From an uncultured Bacteroidales bacterium (GTDB lineage Bacteria > Bacteroidota > Bacteroidia > Bacteroidales > JAGOPY01), in assembly GCA_964489545.1 (NCBI GenBank), contig CAZAZE010000007.1, positions 120,015 to 184,014 on the forward strand: a DNA stretch of 64,000 nt. Direction: 5' to 3'. Within the stretch, counting starts at the first letter, position 1. Every line of letters starts with the position of its first letter. This document shows, piece after piece, positions 55,001 to 62,054 of this stretch. The notes below the pieces were generated by a model. It did not search any database and was not told where the DNA came from. It saw only the letters and a list, made by a program, of their open reading frames with translations. Both the position numbers and the translations under genes were made by a program.

Positions 55001-55099
55001 CGTAGGCTCCAGGGTAAGCATATAAACGGTAAAAGCGACCAGGAATGCAATCCATCCCATTATGGTATTCAAGCGGTTGTAATCTTTGATCGTCGTCAT
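52022..55099 (-). CDS. DUF2723 / TMEM260-like GT-C-type membrane glycosyltransferase-like protein
   Basis: 1025 aa. The first loop is LEPTASWWDCGEY. There are more than 10 hydrophobic helices in the first ~560 aa. A large soluble C-terminal region ends in TPR-like helices. Confidence 0.8.
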   Translation of the reverse strand: MTTIKDYNRLNTIMGWIAFLVAFTVYMLTLEPTASWWDCGEYISTAYKLQVGHPPGAPTFQLIGRFFSLLAFGDTSNVALMINMMSALSSALTILFLFWTITLLGRKFIRPENNHFTTNQLITILGGAFVGAMAFTFSDSFWFSASEGEVYAMSSLFTAITFWAILKWEVVADESHSLRWLILIAFMIGLTIGIHLLNLLAIPAVTFVYYFRKYKPTRKGMFLAGAISILILAVLMYLFIPGIVRLAGGFELFFVNTVGLPFNSGTIIYFAVLIGLIIWGHWYTYRRNKSVLNSVILAFVYLLIGYSSFFMLIIRSNANTPIDENNPEDAISLLSYLNREQYGTYPLYYGQYYNAPVVDYEDGTPVYIKDRAKGKYVVTDDRKGSVAVYDPRFKTIFPRMWSNQKSGHIRYYKEYGNIKGTPISVRKQDGTSETIYRPTFGENLRFFFTYQVGHMYFRYFMWNFAGRQNDIESQGEPENGNWISGINFIDSGRLGSQADLPISRENAAHNKFYLLPLILGIVGLFYHLKKDRNDTWVVFLLFLMTGLAIVVFLNQYPLQPRERDYAYAGSFYAFAIWIGFGAMGLSEFLQRKLKSQQTLAAGASVAACLVLVPGIMAQQGWDDHDRSGKYAARDFAYNYLRGCDRNSILITFGDNDTFPLWYAQEVEGFRTDVRVVNHMLASGHWYVQQMFYKMYDSDPLSFTLSYNQYENGVNNYIPVYTHPSLENKYTELSDLISFIAADDERSKLPISGGKKINFLPSSKIRLTVDARKCVENGIVPREMADRIVPYIEWEITQSGLFKNDLMVLDFLATSNWERSIYTANPSSLSEILPLDEYFHQEGMVYKFMPVKAENFYQTIGGVNAEKTYEVFTQCSWGNLNDPDVTVDRESMRNSRLPRQNYLRAAETFALRGEQEKALHLLDTCLHFFPDSKIPYDMLMIPFAELYYGLEQPDKGNAIISRLHEVYADDLRYFSSVDPAFAGRYYRDSRERTLRLLQNMLMIARQRDQQELAASIDETVKFYSGR

Positions 55100-55243
55100 G
55101 AATGGCTTTTTTAGCGATGCGAAGGTAGCAGAAAATGTGATTATTTCGCCCTGAGATCAGAACTTATGATGCCGCTTCTGTTCACAAGACAGAAACTTTG
55201 AAAGTAATTTCCGGATGAATGTGTGCGATTTTATTTTTTTACC

Positions 55244-55251
55244 TATCTTTG
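55244..55251 (+). promoter_or_regulatory. -7 promoter box TATCTTTG for tRNA-Gln
   Basis: Exact TATCTTTG 23 nt upstream of tRNA position 1, preceded by a T-rich tract. Confidence 0.5.
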
Positions 55252-55274
55252 CACGCCCGTTTTAGGGGACAGTT

Positions 55275-55347
55275 TGTCCGATGGTGTAACTGGCAACACG
55301 TCTGATTTTGGTTCAGAAGACTCCAGGTTCGATTCCTGGTCGGACAA
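55275..55347 (+). tRNA. tRNA-Gln (anticodon UUG)
   Basis: Manual cloverleaf. Acceptor TGTCCGA/TCGGACA (U1-A72). D stem GTGT/ACAC. Anticodon stem TCTGA/TCAGA with loop TT-TTG-GT. 5-nt variable loop. T arm CCAGG-TTCGATT-CCTGG. No encoded CCA. Confidence 0.85.
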
Positions 55348-55378
55348 CGGGATTAATGAAATATTTAATCATTGTGGG

Positions 55379-55403
55379 AGGGGACTGCGGTCCCCTTCTT
55401 TAT
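55379..55403 (+). terminator. Hairpin plus T-rich tract after tRNA-Gln (weak terminator or processing site)
   Basis: AGGGGAC-TGCG-GTCCCCT followed by TCTTTATT. Confidence 0.4.
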
Positions 55404-55435
55404 TAGGTTTAAGTGTTGAGGTTTAACTTTTAAAT

Positions 55436-55882
55436 ATGGAAACACAGAAGATATCGGAGTTGGTGGACGAGCATCTTTCAGGGACCGGTAAGTTCCTGGT
55501 AGAGTTACTGGTCAAGCCCGTTAACCGTGTGTTTATCTTTATTGACGGCGATCAGGGAGTGACTATCGAGGATTGCGTTTCGCTCAGTCGTTTCCTGGAA
55601 TCCCGGTTTGACCGCGAAAAGGAAGATTTCGAACTGAATGTTTCGAGCGCCGGCGCCGACCAGCCGATCCGCCTGCCCAGGCAGTACCCCAAAAACATTG
55701 GCCGGTCGCTCCTGGTGAAACTGACGGAAGAGGAAGAGGAAGTGAAGGGAAAACTCACCGAGGCCGGGGAGGAGGGCATCACCCTTGAAATAACCGGGAA
55801 AAAGAAAAAAGAACCGGTGGAAAGCCGGTACATTTCATTTGACCGGATCCGGGAGGCCAAGGTCATCATCTCATTCAAATAA
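55436..55882 (+). CDS. rimP: Ribosome maturation factor RimP
   Basis: 148 aa. Positioned directly upstream of nusA. Shows the V.IE.D..G..I.DC...SR pattern. Confidence 0.85.
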   Translation: METQKISELVDEHLSGTGKFLVELLVKPVNRVFIFIDGDQGVTIEDCVSLSRFLESRFDREKEDFELNVSSAGADQPIRLPRQYPKNIGRSLLVKLTEEEEEVKGKLTEAGEEGITLEITGKKKKEPVESRYISFDRIREAKVIISFK

Positions 55883-55912
55883 AATCGTTAACAAAGCATA
55901 AAAAATCCAGCC

Positions 55913-57145
55913 ATGGACCACATCAATCTAGTTGAAACCTTTTCGGAATTCAAAGAATTTAAAAACATCGACCGGGAAACCATGATGCGCATCCTGGAGG
56001 ATGTCTTCCGGCATATGCTGGAACGCAAATATGGCAGCGACCGGAACTTTGAGATCATCGTCAATATTGACCGCGGAGACCTTGAAATCTGGCGCAACCG
56101 GGAGATCGTAGAGGACGGGGAAGTCGAAGACGAGAACACCCAGATCGCGTTGTCGGAAGCGGTGAAGATCGAGCCCGATTTCGAGGTTGGAGAGGAAGTT
56201 TCCGAAGAGCTTAAGCTGGTGGATTTCGGGCGCCGCGAGATCCTGACCATCCGGCAGAACCTCGTGTCGAAGATCATGGAATATGAAAAAGACAGCATCT
56301 ACCGGAAATACAAGGAGAAGGTCGGCGAGATCATCACCGGGGAAGTTTACCAGGTGTGGAAGAAGGAGATTCTGGTCCTGGACGATGAAGGATTCGAATT
56401 GAGCCTGCCCAAGCAGGAGCAGATCCCGTCGGATTTCTACCGCAAGGGCGATACGATCCGTGCGGTGGTCGCCCGGGTGGAAATGAAGAACAACACGCCG
56501 TCCATCGTCCTGTCACGCACTTCTCCCGTGTTTCTTGAACGGCTCTTTGAATCGGAAGTTCCGGAGATCTACGATGGCCTGATCACCATCAAAAAGATCG
56601 TCAGGGTCCCCGGGGAACGCGCCAAAGTGGCCGTGGAATCCTACGACGACCGCATCGACCCGGTCGGCGCCTGCGTGGGGATGAAAGGCTCGCGCATCCA
56701 CGGTATCGTCAGGGAACTGAAGAATGAGAACATCGACGTCATCAATTTCACGAACAATCCCACGCTCTTCATCCAGCGCGCGCTCAGCCCGGCCAAGATC
56801 AGCTCGATCCAGCTCGACGACGCCAACAAGAAGGCGGAGGTTTACATGAAGCCCGACCAGGTCTCCCTGGCCATCGGCAAAGGCGGCTATAACATCAAAC
56901 TGGCCGGCAAACTGACCGGCTATGAGATCGACGTATACCGCGAAGATATCGATTCGGAAGATGTGGACATCCAGGAATTCTCCGACGAGATCGATCAGTG
57001 GATCATCGACGAGCTCAAGAACATCGGCTGCGACACGGCCAAAAGCGTCCTTGAACTGGATGTGAAAGACCTGGTGCGAAGAACCGACCTGGAAGAAGAG
57101 ACCATCCGGGAGGTTATTCGGATCCTCAAGGCCGAATTCGAATAA
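55913..57145 (+). CDS. nusA: Transcription termination/antitermination factor NusA
   Basis: S1 domain (GEIITGEVYQV...) and two KH domains (VGACVGMKGSRI, AIGKGGYNIKLA), 410 aa. Confidence 0.95.
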   Translation: MDHINLVETFSEFKEFKNIDRETMMRILEDVFRHMLERKYGSDRNFEIIVNIDRGDLEIWRNREIVEDGEVEDENTQIALSEAVKIEPDFEVGEEVSEELKLVDFGRREILTIRQNLVSKIMEYEKDSIYRKYKEKVGEIITGEVYQVWKKEILVLDDEGFELSLPKQEQIPSDFYRKGDTIRAVVARVEMKNNTPSIVLSRTSPVFLERLFESEVPEIYDGLITIKKIVRVPGERAKVAVESYDDRIDPVGACVGMKGSRIHGIVRELKNENIDVINFTNNPTLFIQRALSPAKISSIQLDDANKKAEVYMKPDQVSLAIGKGGYNIKLAGKLTGYEIDVYREDIDSEDVDIQEFSDEIDQWIIDELKNIGCDTAKSVLELDVKDLVRRTDLEEETIREVIRILKAEFE

Positions 57146-57151
57146 AAATCA

Positions 57152-57159
57152 TATCTTTG
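57152..57159 (+). promoter_or_regulatory. -7 promoter box TATCTTTG in the nusA-infB spacer
   Basis: Exact TATCTTTG 44 nt upstream of the infB ATG. Confidence 0.4.
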
Positions 57160-57202
57160 CACCGTTTTTTCAGAAAACACAGTCATCACGAAAGCAATTT
57201 AA

Positions 57203-60157
57203 ATGTCAGAAGAGGCAAAACCGACCCGGCTGAAAAAAGCCGCTACCGAACTTAATGTAGGGATTTCGACCATTGTGGAATTCCTGCATAAGAAAGGTAT
57301 TGTGATCGAGGAAAATCCGAACACCAAGATCACCCCGGAAGTTTTTGCCCTTCTGGTCAAGGAATATCAATCGGATAAAGCCGCCAAGGACGAGGCGATG
57401 AAAAAAGGCCTCTCCTACATCCGGCACGAATCCATCGTTCTGGACGAAAAGGAAACCAAAACGCGCCAGGCTGACCTGGATCAGGAGCCGGAAGAGCTCA
57501 TCATCAAGAGTTCTTCGGTGACGGAACCGGTCGCCACCAAGGAAACCCGTCCGGCTGCCAAAAAAGCCCCCGAAGAACCCAAGCCTGCAGAGAAAAAGCC
57601 GGAACCCGCCAAAGAGAAGGAACCTGTCGCGGCTTCCCCGGCGCCTGACGCCGAAAAGCCGGCCAGACCCAAAGAGGAAAAGCCTGCCCCGGAAGAATCC
57701 GTGAAAACGGAGCCGGTTCCTGCGGAAGAAGAAGAAAAGGGCGAATCCTCCCTGAAGGTGCTCGGCAAGATCGATCTGTCGGCTTTGAACCAGAAAACCA
57801 GGCCTTCCAGGAAAAAGAAAGAAGAAAAAGCTGCGGAGCCGGATCAAAAAACCACAGGAAAAGCCACTAAGAAAGAAAAGGAAGAACAAAAAGCGGAGAT
57901 CCCGGCAGAAAAGGAAACGGTCGCAGAAACGCCGCCGGTTGCAGAAGAAAAAACCGAAACGCCCGCGGAACCTGAGGTGCAGGCACCCAAGCGCGACGCC
58001 AATTTTATACCGACAAAGGTCGAAAAGCTGGATGGCCCGAAAATCCTGGGCAAGGTCGATCTCCCGGAGAAGAAAGCGGAAAAGAAGCCGGTGGCTTCAT
58101 CCACCGATGATAAGCTCCAGCTGAAGAAAAAGAAACGCAAACGGATCCGGCAGGACCATCCGATCCCCGATGAGTCGTCATCCACAGAGTCCAAAGACAG
58201 GGGCCGGGGCAAATCCAAAAAGAAAGAGCGTTTCAAGACAGAGCCCTCAGAAGAGGAAATCCAGAAACAGATCAAGGAAACCCTTGCGCGACTGGCACCC
58301 ACCGGCAAGTCAAAAGCCTCCAAATACCGCAGGCAAAAACGCGAAAACATTCGTGAAGAAATTGAAATAGAGCGGCAAAAGGCAGAAGAGGATAAGAAGG
58401 TGCTTAAAGTGACGGAGTTCGTTACCGTCAATGAAATGGCCAACATGATGAATGTGCCGGTCATCGACATCATTTCCATGTTCATGCAGCTGGGCATGTT
58501 CGTTTCCATTAACCAGCGCCTGAATGCCGAAAGCCTCGCCCTGGTTGCCGAAGAATTCGGCTACAAGGTGGAATTTGTCAGCGTGGAGGTACAAGAGGCC
58601 ATCGAACAGGCCCAGGAAGAAGAAAAGGAGGAAGACGCCGAACTCGCAGAGCGTCCGCCCATTGTCACGGTCATGGGTCATGTTGACCATGGAAAGACCA
58701 AACTGCTCGACTTCATCCGCAGCGCCAACGTCGTTGCCGGAGAAGCCGGCGGCATCACCCAGCATATCGGCGCTTACGAAATGCTGCTGGAAAATGGAAA
58801 GAAGATCACCTTCCTCGACACCCCGGGCCACGAAGCCTTCACGGCCATGCGTGCCCGCGGCGCCCTGGTAACCGATGTGGCCATTATCGTGATCGCAGCC
58901 GACGACGATGTGATGCCCCAGACCGTCGAGGCCATCAACCATGCCCAGGCTGCCAATGTGCCGATCGTCTTCGCCATCAATAAAATTGACAAACCCTCGG
59001 CCAATCCGGAAAAGATCAAGGAGCAACTCGCCAAGATGAATATCCTGGTGGAAGACTGGGGCGGGAAATACCAGTCGCAGGAAATCTCAGCCAAACAGGG
59101 CTTAAACGTCTACCAGCTCCTGGACAAGGTATTGCTGGAAGCTGAACTGCTTGAACTGAAAGCCAATCATAATAAACTGGCGACCGGAACCGTGCTGGAA
59201 TCATCGCTCGACAAGGGTCGTGGCTATGTGGCCAAAGTGCTGGTACAGAGCGGGACGCTCAAGATCGGCGACATGGTCCTGGCCGGTGCGCATTACGGCA
59301 AGGTCAAGGCCATGTACAATGAACGCAACCAGCGGGTTGACACTGCCGGCCCATCTACGCCGGTTCTGCTTCTGGGTCTCGACGGAGCGCCCCAGGCCGG
59401 CGATAAGTTCAACGTCATGAAAGACGAACGCGAAGCCAAAGCCATCGCCAATAAGCGGCTTCAATTGCAGCGCGAACAGGGCATCCGATCACAGAAACAC
59501 ATTACCCTCGACGAGATCGGCCGCCGCATCGCCATCGGCGATTTCAAGGAACTGAACCTGATTGTCAAGGCCGATGTCGACGGCAGTGTCGAAGCCCTCT
59601 CCGACTCCCTGCTCAAGCAGTCGACCAAGGAAGTTCAGGTCAATGTCATCCATAAATCGGTCGGCCAGGTTACCGAGTCGGACGTCCTGCTCGCTTCGGC
59701 ATCCAATGCCATCATCGTCGGATTCCAGGTGCGCCCGTCGCTCAGCGCCCGAAAACTCGCCGAAAAAGAACAGATCGAAATCAGAACGTACTCCATTATC
59801 TACCAGGCTATTGAGGAGATCAAAGCGGCCATCGAGGGCATGCTTTCCCCCGATATCGAGGAAAAGATCACCTGCAACATCGAGATCCGGGAAACCTTCA
59901 AGATCTCCAAAGTGGGCACCGTGGCCGGCTGTTATGTGCTCGACGGGAAAGTCAACCGCAACACACGCATCCGGATCATCCGCGACGGCATCGTGGTCCA
60001 TACGGGCCGCCTGGGTTCGCTCAAGAGATTCAAGGATGACGTCAAGGAAGTATCTGCAGGTTTCGAGTGCGGTCTGAACATCGACAATTTCAACGACATC
60101 AAGGTAGGCGATATCATCGAAGGCTTCGAAGAGGTTGAAGTGAAACGCAAGCTTTAG
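57203..60157 (+). CDS. infB: Translation initiation factor IF-2
   Basis: G domain [13 protein letters not shown] and NKID. The long Lys/Glu/Pro-rich N-terminal region is typical of Bacteroidota IF-2. 984 aa. Confidence 0.95.
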   Translation: MSEEAKPTRLKKAATELNVGISTIVEFLHKKGIVIEENPNTKITPEVFALLVKEYQSDKAAKDEAMKKGLSYIRHESIVLDEKETKTRQADLDQEPEELIIKSSSVTEPVATKETRPAAKKAPEEPKPAEKKPEPAKEKEPVAASPAPDAEKPARPKEEKPAPEESVKTEPVPAEEEEKGESSLKVLGKIDLSALNQKTRPSRKKKEEKAAEPDQKTTGKATKKEKEEQKAEIPAEKETVAETPPVAEEKTETPAEPEVQAPKRDANFIPTKVEKLDGPKILGKVDLPEKKAEKKPVASSTDDKLQLKKKKRKRIRQDHPIPDESSSTESKDRGRGKSKKKERFKTEPSEEEIQKQIKETLARLAPTGKSKASKYRRQKRENIREEIEIERQKAEEDKKVLKVTEFVTVNEMANMMNVPVIDIISMFMQLGMFVSINQRLNAESLALVAEEFGYKVEFVSVEVQEAIEQAQEEEKEEDAELAERPPIVTVMGHVDHGKTKLLDFIRSANVVAGEAGGITQHIGAYEMLLENGKKITFLDTPGHEAFTAMRARGALVTDVAIIVIAADDDVMPQTVEAINHAQAANVPIVFAINKIDKPSANPEKIKEQLAKMNILVEDWGGKYQSQEISAKQGLNVYQLLDKVLLEAELLELKANHNKLATGTVLESSLDKGRGYVAKVLVQSGTLKIGDMVLAGAHYGKVKAMYNERNQRVDTAGPSTPVLLLGLDGAPQAGDKFNVMKDEREAKAIANKRLQLQREQGIRSQKHITLDEIGRRIAIGDFKELNLIVKADVDGSVEALSDSLLKQSTKEVQVNVIHKSVGQVTESDVLLASASNAIIVGFQVRPSLSARKLAEKEQIEIRTYSIIYQAIEEIKAAIEGMLSPDIEEKITCNIEIRETFKISKVGTVAGCYVLDGKVNRNTRIRIIRDGIVVHTGRLGSLKRFKDDVKEVSAGFECGLNIDNFNDIKVGDIIEGFEEVEVKRKL

Positions 60158-61443
60158 AAGAGCAGGGTCTGATCCCGGTCAGGCCCGTAAGACAACCCCA
60201 TCAACGGGATTCCCGTACTTTTTTCGATATATTTCACGTATTCGGCAAGGGCCGAGGGCATATCTCCCATTTTTTCCATGGGGCCAAGAGGGCTCCGCCA
60301 GCCCGGAAGGTCTTCATAGACCGCCTCAGGATCTTCCTGCAGGAAGTCGAACGGGATATGCTGGCCGTAACCCTGGCGGGTGCGATACGCCGTAGCGGCA
60401 CGGATGGTGGCGAAATCATTCAGCACATCGGTTTTCATCATAAAAAGCGAGGTCACGCCGTTGATCATGATGGCATATCTGAGGGCCACCAGGTCAATCC
60501 AGCCGCACCGTCTCGGCCGGCCTGTCGTGGAACCGAATTCACGGCCCGTTTCCCGCATGCGGACCCCTTCTTCCCCGAATTGTTCCGTTGGGAAGGGCCC
60601 GCTGCCCACCCGGGTGCAATAGGCCTTGAAGACGCCGATCACTGCGCCGATATTGCCCGGATTGACGCCCAGGCCGGTGCACACGCCCCCGATGGAGGTG
60701 TTGGATGAGGTCACGTAAGGATACGACCCGAAATCAATGTCGAGCATGGTGCCCTGGGCGCCTTCGGCCAGCACACGTTTTCCTGAAGCCAGGCTGCTGT
60801 GTAGAAAATACTCCGAATCGACCAGATGCATCCCTTTCATCCGGGCGGCGCTGGCCATCCAGTGGGCCTCGTATTCTGAGAAGGGCAGCCCGTCGATCAG
60901 GAATGAATCTTTATGGAATCCAAGAAAACCGATCATGCTCAGGTGGTTGTCGCGAAGAGCGGCGTACCTGGCCTCGAACGAATGATGCTGAAGGTCACCT
61001 ACCCGCAAACCGCCCCGGGCAACCTTGTCGGTGTAAGCCGGCCCGATCCCTTTGAGTGTGGAACCAATCCTGGTCGTACCCCTGGCCGATTCCTGGGCCG
61101 CATCCAGCAAGCGATGCGTCGGTGTGATGAGGTGCGCCCGCCGGGAAATCATCAGGTTGGCTGTGGCGTCGATGCCATGCCCGGACAGGTTGTCGATCTC
61201 CTTCATGAAAATGAAGGGGTCAAGGATCACCCCGTTGCCGACAAGATTGGTTTTATCCGGGTAAAATATTCCGGACGGAATGGTGTGAAGGACAAATTTT
61301 TTCCCCTGGAATTCTATGGTATGTCCGGCGTTGGGGCCACCCTGGAAACGGGCAATGACATCATAACGAGGGGTCAGTACGTCCACAATCTTTCCCTTGC
61401 CTTCATCTCCCCATTGAAGGCCAAGTAATACATCTATCTTCAT
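60154..61443 (-). CDS. purA: Adenylosuccinate synthase
   Basis: [21 protein letters not shown] and GTTGRGIGP-like (TLKGIGPAY) motifs, 429 aa. Confidence 0.95.
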   Translation of the reverse strand: MKIDVLLGLQWGDEGKGKIVDVLTPRYDVIARFQGGPNAGHTIEFQGKKFVLHTIPSGIFYPDKTNLVGNGVILDPFIFMKEIDNLSGHGIDATANLMISRRAHLITPTHRLLDAAQESARGTTRIGSTLKGIGPAYTDKVARGGLRVGDLQHHSFEARYAALRDNHLSMIGFLGFHKDSFLIDGLPFSEYEAHWMASAARMKGMHLVDSEYFLHSSLASGKRVLAEGAQGTMLDIDFGSYPYVTSSNTSIGGVCTGLGVNPGNIGAVIGVFKAYCTRVGSGPFPTEQFGEEGVRMRETGREFGSTTGRPRRCGWIDLVALRYAIMINGVTSLFMMKTDVLNDFATIRAATAYRTRQGYGQHIPFDFLQEDPEAVYEDLPGWRSPLGPMEKMGDMPSALAEYVKYIEKSTGIPLMGLSYGPDRDQTLLF

Positions 61444-61466
61444 CGGATCAGCGGTCTGGTAATGAT

Positions 61467-61940
61467 CTAGATTTTCAGTGCTTTAACCTGCTCGTCGTCA
61501 AGACAGTGCCCGTAAAAAGTGAGCGAGTGGTGCGACACCTTGACTTTTAAGGTTTCCTCCACGAATTTACGGATTTCTTCGATCCTGGAGTCTGTAAATT
61601 CCATCACCGCCCCGGTATCTACACAGATAAAATGATCATGCTTCTTGAACTTGTAGGAACGTTCAAACTGAGCGCAGTTGTTGCCAAACTGGTGCTTGGT
61701 GACCAGGCTGCAGTCAAGGAGCAGTTCTATGGTGTTGTAGAGCGTGGCGCGGCTAACCCTGTATTTATTGTTCTTCATCCGGATATAAAGGGTCTCAATG
61801 TCGAAATGCCCGTCGGTGTTATAGATCTCTTTCAGGATGGTGAACCGTTCCGGCGTCTTCCGATGTCCGCGCTGTTCCAGGTATTCAGTAAAAATCTTCT
61901 TGACAGCTTCAAAAGAGTCGCTGTGTTCCCGTTCTTTCAT
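61467..61940 (-). CDS. fur: Fur-family transcriptional regulator
   Basis: 157 aa. N-terminal winged helix ([13 protein letters not shown]...[13 protein letters not shown]) and C-terminal dimerisation/metal region (HDHFIC...[10 protein letters not shown]). Confidence 0.8.
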   Translation of the reverse strand: MKEREHSDSFEAVKKIFTEYLEQRGHRKTPERFTILKEIYNTDGHFDIETLYIRMKNNKYRVSRATLYNTIELLLDCSLVTKHQFGNNCAQFERSYKFKKHDHFICVDTGAVMEFTDSRIEEIRKFVEETLKVKVSHHSLTFYGHCLDDEQVKALKI

Positions 61941-61974
61941 TTACAAGCAATTAGAAAACCGGATAAAATTAAGA

Positions 61975-61993
61975 AAATTATCTATTATAATTT
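61975..61993. promoter_or_regulatory. AT-rich inverted repeat AAATTAT-N5-ATAATTT upstream of fur (candidate autoregulatory operator)
   Basis: Arms at 61975-61981 and 61987-61993, 35-53 nt upstream of the fur ATG. Low complexity limits significance. Confidence 0.25.
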
Positions 61994-62054
61994 GGTATAA
62001 ATAAAAATAATTTTCAGGAAAAGGGTGAACACATCACACGAAACGGCGGGCGGT

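Noticed and set aside
55223-55426. The listed 67-aa plus-strand ORF
   Set aside because: It runs through a promoter box and a perfectly folding tRNA-Gln. It is not coding.
57480-58300. Repetitive GAA/AAA/CCG-rich DNA that looked at first like a tandem repeat array
   Set aside because: It is in frame within infB and encodes the Lys/Glu/Pro-rich N-terminal linker typical of long IF-2 forms. There is no fixed repeat unit or spacer structure, so it is not a CRISPR or VNTR.
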